Part shown: piece by piece, positions 16,593-27,055 of the stretch | How the letters are laid out: the number at the start of each line of letters is the position of its first letter | Position numbering within the stretch: the stretch's first letter is position 1 | Origin: Tubiluchus corallicola | Lineage: Eukaryota; Animalia; Priapulida | Direction: 5' to 3' | NCBI GenBank assembly: GCA_030141605.1 | Contig: JAQGDQ010002439.1 | Coordinates: 1 to 37,077 of the forward strand | DNA: 37,077 nucleotides | The notes under the pieces: model-generated | The model's database searches: none | Told to the model about the DNA's origin: nothing | Seen by the model: only the letters and a program-made list of their open reading frames with translations | Program-made: the position numbers and the translations under genes

Positions 16593-18197
16593 TTATAGTT
16601 GCGGACCTGCTGCAACAAGAGCTTTTCCCTCTTCGTTGTCAGTGTACTTTTCAAAATTTTTGATAAAGCGCCCTCCAAGATCCTTCGCCTTTTTGTCCCA
16701 CTCCGACACATCTGCATAGGTATCGCGAGGGTCAAGTATCCCCGAGTCAACACCTGGCAAAGAGGTAGGTACATCAAGATTAAATACAGGAATTTTCTTG
16801 AACTCCGCTTTTTCTATTGATCCGTCAAGAATAGCATCTATTATACCGCGCGTATCCTTAATAGATATACGTGTACCTGTTCCATTCCATCCCGTGTTTA
16901 CAAGATAAGCTTCCGCCCCGTGCTCTTCCATTTTCTTAACCAGCTCCTTTCCATATTTTGTTGGATGAAGGGTTAGGAAAGCGGCACCAAAGCACGCAGA
17001 GAAAGTTGGCTGTGGAGAAGTAACACCACGCTCAGTCCCGGCCAACTTAGCAGTAAATCCTGATAGAAAATGATACTTGGTCTGTTCCGGGCTCAACTTA
17101 GATACCGGAGGCAGTACGCCAAAGGCATCAGCCGACAGAAAAATAACTTTGTTAGCGTGCCCCGCCTTGGACACAGGCTTTACAATATTTTCAATATGGT
17201 GTATCGGATAAGAGACACGAGTGTTCTCAGTAGTTGAAGCGTCATCAAAATCTATTTTACCATTAGCATCCACAGTAACGTTCTCAAGAAGAGCATCACG
17301 CTTTATAGCTTTGTAGATATCTGGCTCAGACTCTTTATCCAGCTTGATCGTTTTTGCATAGCAACCACCCTCAAAATTAAAAATACCATCATCATCCCAT
17401 CCGTGCTCATCATCGCCAATAAGCTCACGCTTAGGATCTGTAGAGAGGGTTGTTTTACCGGTACCTGAAAGCCCAAAAAAGATAGCAACCTCTCCATTTT
17501 TGCCCTTGTTTGCAGAGCAGTGCATAGAGGCCATCCCGTTTAGAGGTAGATAATAGTTCATCATAGCAAACATCCCTTTTTTCATCTCACCGCCATACCA
17601 TGTACCCCCAATAATCTGCATCTTCTCCGTAAGGTTAAACACTGTAAACACACTAGAGTTTAATCCTTGCTCTTCCCACTTATCATTTGATGTCTTAGAA
17701 CCATTCATTACTACGAAATCAGGCTCCCCATAAGACTCAAGTTCCTTATCTGTAGGGCGCAGGAACATGTTGGTGACAAAGTGAGCCTGCCATGCAACCT
17801 CCATAATAAAGCGAACTTTCAAGCGTGAGTCTTTGTTAGCTCCCAAAAAAGTATCAACGACAAAAAGCCTCTTCCCAGAAAGCTGCTTTGTTACAAGCTT
17901 TTTAAGATCTTTCCAAACTTCAGGAGTGGTTGGCTTGTTATCATTTGGTGACTCCGGGGATGTCCACCAGATAGAATCTTTACTTACCGCATCTTTAACA
18001 ATAAACTTGTCTTTGGGTGAGCGCCCGGTAAACTCTCCAGTCATAACATTGACAGCGCCAAGCTCTGTTTGCTGTCCACGCTCAAAACCTTTCAACTCGG
18101 GACTCATCTCCTCTTCAAAAAGCTGTTGATAAGATGGATTGTAAACAATTTTATCGACCCCGGTAATACCGTACTTTGTTAAATCTAAACTTTTCAT
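16593..18197 (-). CDS. pckA: phosphoenolpyruvate carboxykinase (ATP)
   Basis: 534 aa; [46 protein letters not shown]. Confidence 0.98.
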   Translation of the reverse strand: MKSLDLTKYGITGVDKIVYNPSYQQLFEEEMSPELKGFERGQQTELGAVNVMTGEFTGRSPKDKFIVKDAVSKDSIWWTSPESPNDNKPTTPEVWKDLKKLVTKQLSGKRLFVVDTFLGANKDSRLKVRFIMEVAWQAHFVTNMFLRPTDKELESYGEPDFVVMNGSKTSNDKWEEQGLNSSVFTVFNLTEKMQIIGGTWYGGEMKKGMFAMMNYYLPLNGMASMHCSANKGKNGEVAIFFGLSGTGKTTLSTDPKRELIGDDEHGWDDDGIFNFEGGCYAKTIKLDKESEPDIYKAIKRDALLENVTVDANGKIDFDDASTTENTRVSYPIHHIENIVKPVSKAGHANKVIFLSADAFGVLPPVSKLSPEQTKYHFLSGFTAKLAGTERGVTSPQPTFSACFGAAFLTLHPTKYGKELVKKMEEHGAEAYLVNTGWNGTGTRISIKDTRGIIDAILDGSIEKAEFKKIPVFNLDVPTSLPGVDSGILDPRDTYADVSEWDKKAKDLGGRFIKNFEKYTDNEEGKALVAAGPQL

Positions 18198-18254
18198 AAA
18201 ACGAGACTTTTATAAAATAAATTTGTATGTGTATTATTAAATTTTATCAACAGA

Positions 18255-18262
18255 CAAAGGTA
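18255..18262 (-). promoter_or_regulatory. -7 promoter element upstream of pckA
   Basis: TACCTTTG on the minus strand ~58 nt before the ATG; no clear -33 box. Confidence 0.45.
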
Positions 18263-18983
18263 ATGAATAAATTAAAAACAATATGCTACAGAACATGCGC
18301 TAAGAACTGCTAGCACGGATATAGCAGATGATTTTTTGCTATATACCACAAACATGGCAGGCTATAAGGGTAATAACCAGGCATTAAGTAGCAGGTTTTT
18401 GATAGGTATAAAGCAGCGTTAAAAAAATATTAAACTTCACACCAGGTGTGAGCAAGCCATATTTTATCAATATTATAGCTCTGCTTTCAAAAATTAAGCT
18501 CAAGCCACTATATGATAAATTAACCCTATAGAAAACGATTGTATTCTAACCCGAAAAAATCTGATAAAGACACCACAGCTTACTGATAAGCAAATAGTTA
18601 TTTAAAAAAAATATGGCAAACCAAAAGTATCTATAAAAGACACCAAACAAGAAAGTTTTTATGCTCCTTAGAAAAATTCTAAAAACAAACCTTCTTTATC
18701 TAGATTGTTGTGTTTGTACTTCGCAGAGTATGCTTATATTTTTTACTATTTTCCATAGCCCTCTTTTCTTCTCTTTGGTGGTTCTTCTTCATCTACATTC
18801 ACACTCTTTGGGTGCAGAACATATGCTGATTTACCTCCAAAAAACAATCGCTTATCCTTCTGTATGCTTTGATAAGCCTCATCTCTGAAAATTTAAAATA
18901 ACACTTTATACTGTTGCGATTTTAAAACTTTAATATCTTCTACTCTGCCATAATTTCATGTTGCATAACTAGTTTAATTACAC

Positions 18984-19889
18984 TTACGACCTTGGGTGAT
19001 GACGGTTAACTGTATCTTTCAGATAATCTTTATTAAGATGTGTGTAAATTTCAGTGGTAAGTATCGACTCATGCCCAAGCATTTTCTGTACAACCCTCAA
19101 ATCTGCACCACCCTCAATAAGCTGTGAAGCAAAAGAGTGCCTGAAAGTATGAGGGCTGACATTTTTTCTCAGGTTAGCTCTCACTGCCAAGTTTTTTATA
19201 ATAGTGAGAATCATTACTCTGCTAAGCTTCTGCCCTCTTCTGCTGAGAAAAAGAATATCTTCACATCCATCATCTATGTCAAGTTTTCCTCTTTCCTGCC
19301 TCATATACCTGTTAACCTCCTTCACCGCTTTCTTACTTATTGGCACTATCCGCTCTTTGTCAGCTTTACCCAAAATTTTGACAAATCCACGCTTAAAGTG
19401 CAAGCTTGTTAGTTTTAGGTCAATTAGCTCTGAGACTCTCAGTCCACAGCTATAAAGCACTTCCACTATTGCCTTATTACGCTGACCTTCAGACTTTGTG
19501 AGATCTACCGCATTTAGCAACCGCTCTATTTCATCCTTACTCAGCACCTCAGGTAGTTTTCGACCAACCGGAGGAGCCTCCAAGAGAGAGGTGGGGTCAC
19601 TATCAACAATACCCTCTATTAGTAAATACTTGTAAAAAGATTTTACCCCGGATATTGTACGTGCCTGTGATCTAGGGCTAACGCCATGCTCACTAAGCCA
19701 CTTTGTAAATCCTTTTAAATGTCCTACTTTCACTCCTTCTGGTGGAACAATAGTGTCAGTCGCTTTTTCTCCCAAAAATGCTATCAGTTTGTTGATATCA
19801 TTCATGTACGCTTTTACCGAGTTTTTAGATAAGGATTTCTCCAATATCAAAAACGATTCATAACATTCTTTGTTTTTGGTCCAGTCCAT
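18984..19889 (-). CDS. xerD: site-specific tyrosine recombinase XerD
   Basis: 301 aa; SAM-like N-terminal domain, GLRVSEL, HTFRHSFA, LGHESILTTEIYTH; divergent from aroQ as is usual in Bacteroidota. Confidence 0.88.
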   Translation of the reverse strand: MDWTKNKECYESFLILEKSLSKNSVKAYMNDINKLIAFLGEKATDTIVPPEGVKVGHLKGFTKWLSEHGVSPRSQARTISGVKSFYKYLLIEGIVDSDPTSLLEAPPVGRKLPEVLSKDEIERLLNAVDLTKSEGQRNKAIVEVLYSCGLRVSELIDLKLTSLHFKRGFVKILGKADKERIVPISKKAVKEVNRYMRQERGKLDIDDGCEDILFLSRRGQKLSRVMILTIIKNLAVRANLRKNVSPHTFRHSFASQLIEGGADLRVVQKMLGHESILTTEIYTHLNKDYLKDTVNRHHPRS

Positions 19890-20177
19890 CGCATTTTTTT
19901 TAGTTTTTAATTTTTAGTAATAATTTTAATTAGCTTTGGCCAAAGACAAAAAGTTTTAATTTAGTGAAGTAAAATACTTTAAGTCTATTCTGCTTTAGTC
20001 ATAGGTTACGTCTTTCTATATCAGACTGCAGCCATGTTAATAATTTAGTAAAAATAGCAAACTTTTATTTAGAATGAAACATATTGATCGTAAAATAATA
20101 TAAAACCACTCATTAATAATAGTTATTCTGCTATTAGCATGATACTACCTGGTGATTGAATAATTAATTTATGCCAA

Positions 20178-20603
20178 ATGAAAATTGTTGTAATAAACGG
20201 AGTCAACCTTAATCTTCTCGGTATAAGAGATAAAGAAACTTATGGCAAGTTGCCATTTGATAGCTACTACGCGAAACTGATAAAGATATTTCCTAATATT
20301 GAGTTGTCCTATTTTCAATCCAATGTAGAAGGGGAAATTATTAATAAACTTCATGATGTCGGATTTTCTGTAGATGGAGTTGTCTTGAATGCCGGAGCGT
20401 ATACCCATACATCCATTGCCATACGCGATGCTATTTCTTCAATTAGCAGTCCGGTTGTAGAGGTTCACATGTCCAATATCTTAACACGTGAAAGTTTTCG
20501 CCACGAGTCTGTTATAGGGCCTGTGTGCAAAGGTAGCATAATGGGTTTTGGCATGGATTCGTACCGGCTAGGGATTGAGAGCTTTATTAAAATGCGGAAA
20601 TAA
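20178..20603 (+). CDS. aroQ: type II 3-dehydroquinate dehydratase
   Basis: 141 aa; INGVNLNLLG, QSNVEGE, NAGAYTHTS, EVHMSN, RESFRH. Confidence 0.96.
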   Translation: MKIVVINGVNLNLLGIRDKETYGKLPFDSYYAKLIKIFPNIELSYFQSNVEGEIINKLHDVGFSVDGVVLNAGAYTHTSIAIRDAISSISSPVVEVHMSNILTRESFRHESVIGPVCKGSIMGFGMDSYRLGIESFIKMRK

Positions 20604-20651
20604 CATGCAAGCAGGTAATTATATAAAAAGTAAAAAAAAATTAAGTTGCAT

Positions 20652-22097
20652 ATGAAAAGGAAGAAACATACAAAGGTTGTCGCCACTATATCTGACAAAA
20701 AGTGTGACCTGGACTTTATTCGCACCCTGTACAATGCAGGGATGAATGTTGTAAGAATAAACACTGCACACCAAACGCCTGATACCGCGAAAATGGTTGT
20801 CGATAATGTAAGGAAAATATCGGACTCTATCGCAATCTTAATAGACACCAAAGGCCCAGAGGTGAGAATTGAAGGAGTAGATACTCCCATGAAGGTAAAA
20901 AAGGGGGATACTGCTCTTGTAAAAGGGGGAGAGGGGAAGTCAGAGCAAGGGCTTATTCATGTTGATTATGATGGTTTTTCAAAGAACATAGAAGTTGGCG
21001 ACTCCATACTTATAGATGATGGTGAGCTGGAACTGAAGGTAACAGGAAAAAGGGATAACAACACTGTGGAGACAGTTATTGGCAACGACGGAGAGATAAG
21101 GAACAAGAAAAGTGTCAATGTGCCAGGTGTATATATGGCACTGCCTGCAATTACTGAGAAAGATAAACTTTTCATCGAATGGGCAGTGGATAACGATATT
21201 GATTTTATTGCCCACTCATTTGTGAGAGATAAAGAAGATGTGCTAGCAGTTCAAAAAATACTTAATGACAAAGGAGGCAATATTAAAATTATTGCGAAGA
21301 TTGAGAGTCCTGACGGTGTCAACAATATAGACAGCATATTAAACCACGCCTACGGAATAATGGTCGCAAGAGGAGATCTAGGTATTGAAATACCATCCGA
21401 AAAGATTCCCGGCATACAGAGATTGCTGGTGAGAAAGTGTGTGGAAAGAAAGAAGCCTGTTATTATAGCCACTCAAATGTTGCATAGCATGATTAATAAT
21501 CCCAGGCCAACACGCGCCGAGGTTAGTGATGTTGCCAATGCTATCTTTTATCGCACTGACGCAATAATGCTTTCGGGAGAAACGGCTTATGGCGATTACT
21601 CTGTTGAGGCTATGAATGTGATGACCAATATTGCGCTGGAAGTTGAATCGTCAAAAGATCATCGTAATGATTTGCCGGTGCTGCGTGGTAGTAAAGATAC
21701 AACTGCAATATTAGCAGAGGCTGCTGTGTCTGCTGCAAAAGAGCTTAATGCAAAAGCTATTGTTACCGATACTCTTACAGGAAGAACCGCCCGCTACTTA
21801 TCGGCTTTTAGAAGCGACAAGCCCGTTTATGCCAAGTGTCATAGTGGAAGAGTAAAGAGAGAGCTCGCCTTGTCGTACGGAGTATATTCCGATGAGATGG
21901 AGGTTAAAGAGAACAAAGATAAGCTTATAAGGCATGCGCTAAGTGACCTTGTTAAAAGCAAATGCTTATATAAGTCCGATCAAGTGGTTTATGTAGGGGG
22001 CGGATTTGGAGTGGGTGGAGGTACTACATTTATGGAAATTGCCGATGTAGGCAGAATGACAACTATGAATAAAACCGGGCAATTGGGTGGTGAATAA
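20652..22097 (+). CDS. pyk: pyruvate kinase
   Basis: TKVVATI, DTKGPE, IIAKIE, MVARGDLG, ATQML, DAIMLSGET; ATG at 20652 preferred over TTG at 20646. Confidence 0.97.
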   Translation: MKRKKHTKVVATISDKKCDLDFIRTLYNAGMNVVRINTAHQTPDTAKMVVDNVRKISDSIAILIDTKGPEVRIEGVDTPMKVKKGDTALVKGGEGKSEQGLIHVDYDGFSKNIEVGDSILIDDGELELKVTGKRDNNTVETVIGNDGEIRNKKSVNVPGVYMALPAITEKDKLFIEWAVDNDIDFIAHSFVRDKEDVLAVQKILNDKGGNIKIIAKIESPDGVNNIDSILNHAYGIMVARGDLGIEIPSEKIPGIQRLLVRKCVERKKPVIIATQMLHSMINNPRPTRAEVSDVANAIFYRTDAIMLSGETAYGDYSVEAMNVMTNIALEVESSKDHRNDLPVLRGSKDTTAILAEAAVSAAKELNAKAIVTDTLTGRTARYLSAFRSDKPVYAKCHSGRVKRELALSYGVYSDEMEVKENKDKLIRHALSDLVKSKCLYKSDQVVYVGGGFGVGGGTTFMEIADVGRMTTMNKTGQLGGE

Positions 22098-22224
22098 ATG
22101 AAAGTTTTGATATAAATAAATGTTACTGTTTTGCAAAAATCTCAAAGCAAGCGGGAGTGATAACCTTACGACTCTTTTGCAGTGCGGGGGAAAAGGAGCA
22201 CTATCTCATAAACTGTGTAAATAG

Positions 22225-22259
22225 AAAATGCCGAGGGTTGCAACCCTCGGCATTTTTTT
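22225..22259 (+). terminator. perfect palindrome / terminator inside the IS256 left end
   Basis: AAAATGCCGAGGGTTGCAACCCTCGGCATTTT followed by further Ts. Confidence 0.7.
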
Positions 22260-22285
22260 GTTTAATTTTAAAACTTTAGACAGTA

Positions 22286-23479
22286 ATGAAAAAAGAAGAT
22301 TTATTAAATGATGATTTCCTTGAACAATTTAATTCAGGGGAAGAGCTCAATGGTTTTTACAAGAGCTCCAAAAACGAGGCATTGAAAAGATGCTTGAAGG
22401 AGAACTCGATGGTCATTTAGGCTATGATAAGAATCAAAAATCGGATAATCAGAATGCCCGCAATGGCTATTCAAGAAGAGAGTCCGAACCACTCTGGGAG
22501 AATCCAACATTCAGGTTCCCCGAGACCGTGATCTTCGTTTAATCCGATGATTGTACCCAAAGGAGGGAACATGGTCGATGGCTTAGAGAATATCATTGTT
22601 TCGTTTTATGCTAAAGGAATGAGTAATAGCGATATTGAAGAGCAAATTCGGGAGCTATACGGTTTTGAAGTTTCCACATCCACCATATCAAGGATTACCG
22701 ATTCAGTCACCAACGACATTGTAGCGTGGCAGAACCGACCTCTGGAAACTGTATACCTAATTGTTTGGATGGATGGCATTGTATTTAAAGTGCGGGAGAA
22801 CTCTAAGGTCGTCAACAAAACCGTTTACATTGCCGTAGGACTTCGCAGAGATGGGAAAAAAGAGGTTCTTGGCTTATGGTTGGGCAAGAGTGAGTCCGCT
22901 GCCTTTTGGATGAACGTACTTACCGATATGAAAGCTCGTGGAGTTAACGATATCCTGATTACGGCAATAGATAACTTGAATGGTTTTACAGATACTATCC
23001 GAACTGTTTTCCCTGAATCTAAAACACAAATATGTGTTGTTCATCAAATCCGTAACGCAAGCAGATACGTGGTTTGGAAAGATAAAAAGGCATTTACAAA
23101 AGATATGAAGCAAATCTATAATGCCCCTACAAAAGAGGCTGCAAAAGCAGCTTTAGAAGATTTTGCATCAGCTTGGGAGGATAAATACTCTTACGCAATT
23201 AAAAGCTGGCGAGACAACTGGGAAGACCTAACAGTATTCTTTGAGTTTCCGCTGGAAATCAGAAAGATAATTTATACAACCAACCTGATTGAGAATCTCA
23301 ACGGAAAAATCAGAAAATACACAAAAAACAAACTTTCATTCCCGTCAGACCAGGCTGTAATGAAATCTGTATTTTTGGCAACCAGAGAAGCAACTAAAAA
23401 ATGGTCAATGCCAATCAGAAACTGGGGCATTGTCTTGAATCAGTTCTTAGTTATATTTGAAAAAAGGGTCCAGCTATAA
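22286..23479 (+). pseudogene. IS256-family transposase, frameshifted in its 5' part
   Basis: ATG 22286 MKKEDLLNDDFL..., then ELQKRGIEKMLEGELDGHLGY, RNGYS and QVPRDR fall in different frames (three -1 shifts); continuous 310-aa ORF 22547-23479 with [25 protein letters not shown]. Confidence 0.88.
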
Positions 23480-23555
23480 ATAGCCAAACCCTCGGCATTT
23501 TTTTAGTTTACACACTTTGTGAAACAGTGTCGGAAAAGGATATTAACACGGCCCC

Positions 23556-24206
23556 CTAACGCATATCTATAACTTCAACACCCGGATAGTCTTCAGGTTC
23601 AAACCTGAAGTATGAGTCCGAAAGGTTAGTATCGGTTTTCATAGATTTTACCTCTATAGAATAGATGTTGCCACCCTTACCAAATGTCTGCGCCTTTATA
23701 ATCATATAATTATCTTTGCCAATAAACAGACGCATTTTTGAGAAGTCCTTATCATCATTTTCTGGAAAAATATCAATGATATACGCCTTCTCCCCATTTA
23801 TTAATTTTTCATCTACATATTTATAGTTAAACCCCTCTTTATATGCTGTAAATATGTTTGCAGGATTTAGAAAGCCATCGTCATCAGCATCTACTTCCGT
23901 AATACTTACCTCTTCCGCTTCACTCATATAATTCCATGCAGTTACCCCGTTGGAGAAAATCTCCATCCCCAGTATAGGCATGTTCAACCTGTATAGCTCC
24001 CCTTTAATTGCCACTGTCCCTTTATTAGAATCACTTACCCCTCCCCCGGCGCTTTTCAGTTCAAAATCAAACTCTACCTGAATTGTCGAATACTCCTTTA
24101 TCCTTTTATGCAGTTCGTTAAGAATTCTTTCTGCCTTTTGATCCTTTTGCCCAAAGGCCCACATTGCGAATATTAAAGACAAGATTAGCAGCACATATTT
24201 TTTCAT
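23556..24206 (-). CDS. lolA: outer membrane lipoprotein carrier LolA-family protein
   Basis: 216 aa; signal peptide, G.V.IKG..YRL, SNGVTAWNY..EAEEVSI, NPANIF, VEVIDMR terminus; downstream of ftsK. Confidence 0.82.
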   Translation of the reverse strand: MKKYVLLILSLIFAMWAFGQKDQKAERILNELHKRIKEYSTIQVEFDFELKSAGGGVSDSNKGTVAIKGELYRLNMPILGMEIFSNGVTAWNYMSEAEEVSITEVDADDDGFLNPANIFTAYKEGFNYKYVDEKLINGEKAYIIDIFPENDDKDFSKMRLFIGKDNYMIIKAQTFGKGGNIYSIEVKSMKTDTNLSDSYFRFEPEDYPGVEVIDMR

Positions 24207-24395
24207 CTGTGTATATTTTAATTTTCAATAATCCCTCATCGTGCAAAATGATCACCACTTGAACCCTTTACAAAACCCATCTTTTTATTAGCGCCTTCGT
24301 AAAGGCTCTCTTCGAGCTCTCATTTTGCTAAAAGCTTTCATTCAATAACCCAGATAGCTATTTAAAAAAGCTTTGTAAATGCTAACAGGACCATT

Positions 24396-26807
24396 TTATA
24401 CACTATTAAGCATCTTCTCCAAAGAGTACTCATCCTGTATCAATACCTGTCGCGCTTTACTTCCATCACTGGGCCCTACAATACCTGCCACCTCCAACTG
24501 ATCCATTATTCTACCTGCCCGATTATATCCTATAGATAACTTACGCTGTATCGCGGAGGTTGAACCTGTTTGGTTAAGAACGACCAGCCTGGCCGCCTCT
24601 TCAAAAAAGCCGTCCTTGTCTTGCAAATCGGCCACAGTATCCCCATTACCGTTTTCACCATGAAATTCAGGCAACATAAATGCAGTGGGATACCCGGGCT
24701 GTTCGCTGATGTAACGAGCAATGGCTTCAACTTCCGGAGTATCGACAAAGGCACATTGTACCCTCGTCAGACTGCTGCCTGTAGAGACAAGCATATCTCC
24801 CTTTCCTATCAGTTGGTTTGCACCGGGAGTATCCAGTATTGTCCTTGAGTCGATCATTGATGCCACTCTAAACGCTATCCTGGCAGGGAAGTTGGCTTTT
24901 ATCACCCCCGTGATGATATTGGTTGAGGGGCGCTGTGTCGCAATTACCATGTGAATACCTACTGCACGTGCAAGCTGGGCAATTCTGGCTATTGGCAGCT
25001 CTATCTCTTTGCCGGCAGTCATTATCAGATCTGCAAACTCATCAACAACAACAACAATATACGGCAGGTACATATGTCCGTTTTCAGGATTGAGTTTTCT
25101 TGAAATAAATTTTTGATTATACTCCTTTATGTTTCTTGCGTGAGCTTTTTTGAGAAGATCATACCTCATGTCCATCTCAACATTTACCGAGTTTAATGCA
25201 TTTTTAACCTTTTGTACATCAGTGATAATTGCATCATCTTCGTCAGGCATCTTTGCAAGAAAGTGCTTTTCAATTATTGAATAAAGGTTGAGTTCAACCT
25301 TTTTAGGATCGACAAAAACAAACTTTAGTTGAGAAGGGTGCTTTTTATAAAGCAGTGATGTTATTATTGCATTCAACCCCACCGACTTACCCTGTCCTGT
25401 AGCACCAGCAACAAGAATATGGGGCATCTTTGCAAGGTTTACGGTAAACGTTTCGTTAGATATTGTTTTGCCAAGCGCCAGCGGCAATTCATATTCCGAT
25501 TCCTGGAACACTTTAGATGCGATAATTGAGCGCATGGAGACCACTTCAGGTTTTCTGTTTGGAACCTCAATACCCACTGTTCCTTTCCCAGGAATAGGAG
25601 CAATAATTCTTATGCCGAGGGCTGAGAGGCTAAGGGCTATGTCATCCTCAAGATTCTTTATTTTTGATATTCTTACACCCGGTGCCGGAACTATCTCATA
25701 CAGCGTTATTGTGGGACCAGTAGTTGCCTTTATTTTTATAATTTCAATGCTATAGTCTTTAAGAGTCTGAACAATTCTATTTTTATTGGCAATAAGCTCT
25801 TCATTCGACACCTGTGGATTGCCTGTCGAATACTCCTCCATTAAATCAAGCGTAGGGAACTTATACCTGGACAGATCTAATGTAGGGTCATACTCCTCCT
25901 GCTCCTTATTCTTTACCTCCTCAAACGACTCCTCCTCTTTTCTTTGAGCTACTTCAAGTTCAAGCCCAGAAGCTTTACCTTCTTTAACCTCTGCTTTAGA
26001 CTCTGTCCCCCGGTTATCGGCCCGGCTAAGCGCTACATCCTCTTCCCCTTTTTTCATGCCAGATGCAAAAACAAGCTCTACCGAATCGTCAACGGATACT
26101 TTCGCATATGCTTTATCTTCCACATCCACAACGGGGGCCGCAGACTCACCAGGTATTTCACTGTCAGATAAAAATCCCCCCCACTTTTTTACCAGTTTAG
26201 TTTTTTTATCTGCCCAACTTTTAAGTTTTGCCCAGAAACTATCAAAAGCTATGGTAATGCACAGAAGTATGCCGGAAATGAGAACAAAGAAAGTGCCTAC
26301 CTTTCCAATCATTGAATTTAACCAGCTGCTTATCACTAGCCCATACGCCCCACCGGGAAGCAGAAATGTATTTTTGGGAGCAAAAATATAGCCGAGTATT
26401 ACAGAGGCCCAGACAATGGCAAATACTCCATATCCAAAACTCTTTCTAAGCGAAACCTTTGCAGTATCAGACAAGCGTAACGCTAGCACTAAAAGAAGAT
26501 AAACAATACCAAAGGCAGGAATCCCAAACCCATCGTTTATAAGCTTATTTGAAATTCTTGCCCCCATTTTCCCTCCCAGATTACTGATATTAGTATCTGA
26601 ACCCGACACCTGCTCTTGCACTAAATATTGTAAACTGTTGTAATCGGTTTTACCATGGAGTAAAAACGAGAAGAGTATTAAAACAAGGTAAACAGAGAAA
26701 AAAAATAATATTATTGATACTCCACCTCTTATCTTCCTCACACTACTTTTCGATTTATACATTGCAGGTTTTCTCATTTTATTTACGGGCTTGCTTTTTG
26801 TTGTCAT
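24396..26807 (-). CDS. ftsK: DNA translocase FtsK
   Basis: 803 aa; N-terminal 4TM domain, PHILVAGATGQGKS, VDEFADL, ATQRPS, C-terminal gamma domain (IQRKLSIGYNRAGR). Confidence 0.96.
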   Translation of the reverse strand: MTTKSKPVNKMRKPAMYKSKSSVRKIRGGVSIILFFFSVYLVLILFSFLLHGKTDYNSLQYLVQEQVSGSDTNISNLGGKMGARISNKLINDGFGIPAFGIVYLLLVLALRLSDTAKVSLRKSFGYGVFAIVWASVILGYIFAPKNTFLLPGGAYGLVISSWLNSMIGKVGTFFVLISGILLCITIAFDSFWAKLKSWADKKTKLVKKWGGFLSDSEIPGESAAPVVDVEDKAYAKVSVDDSVELVFASGMKKGEEDVALSRADNRGTESKAEVKEGKASGLELEVAQRKEEESFEEVKNKEQEEYDPTLDLSRYKFPTLDLMEEYSTGNPQVSNEELIANKNRIVQTLKDYSIEIIKIKATTGPTITLYEIVPAPGVRISKIKNLEDDIALSLSALGIRIIAPIPGKGTVGIEVPNRKPEVVSMRSIIASKVFQESEYELPLALGKTISNETFTVNLAKMPHILVAGATGQGKSVGLNAIITSLLYKKHPSQLKFVFVDPKKVELNLYSIIEKHFLAKMPDEDDAIITDVQKVKNALNSVNVEMDMRYDLLKKAHARNIKEYNQKFISRKLNPENGHMYLPYIVVVVDEFADLIMTAGKEIELPIARIAQLARAVGIHMVIATQRPSTNIITGVIKANFPARIAFRVASMIDSRTILDTPGANQLIGKGDMLVSTGSSLTRVQCAFVDTPEVEAIARYISEQPGYPTAFMLPEFHGENGNGDTVADLQDKDGFFEEAARLVVLNQTGSTSAIQRKLSIGYNRAGRIMDQLEVAGIVGPSDGSKARQVLIQDEYSLEKMLNSV

Positions 26808-26863
26808 GCTACTAAGTAACTTTATTAAAAGCGGGCTGTTCAGTCCTAATTAGATTATACAGG

Positions 26864-26871
26864 CAAATTTA
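26864..26871 (-). promoter_or_regulatory. -7 promoter element upstream of ftsK
   Basis: TAAATTTG on the minus strand ~57 nt before the ATG. Confidence 0.4.
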
Positions 26872-27055
26872 GTCAAAATTTTGACGCCTGCAGATAATAA
26901 TAAGAGATGAGACATTTGCAAGACAAAATATATTGGCTCAGACGGAGGAAAAATAGTAGTTGACTAATGTAAATGAGGGTTTAGCGAAAACATTAAAAAG
27001 ATGAGTTTTGCAAAGGCCTATCAGAGATAGTTATATCCGGAGTTAAACAAGCTCA

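Larger units (their letters stand above)
22197..23531 (+). mobile_element. IS256-family insertion sequence (~1.33 kb)
   Basis: Left end AGCACTATCTCATAAACTGTGTAAA...AAAATGCCGAGGGTT matches the reverse complement of the right end GACACTGTTTCACAAAGTGTGTAAA...AAAATGCCGAGGGTT; flanking duplication GGAAAAGG(A) at 22189-22196 and 23532-23539. Confidence 0.93.

Noticed and set aside
18661-18888. 75-aa plus-strand ORF
   Set aside because: Atypical composition; the opposite strand looks more like a decayed coding sequence
18984-19889. Prophage/ICE integrase or invertase for the repeats
   Set aside because: Sequence and aroQ-pyk context fit housekeeping XerD; no att sites or phage genes; no dif site recognised
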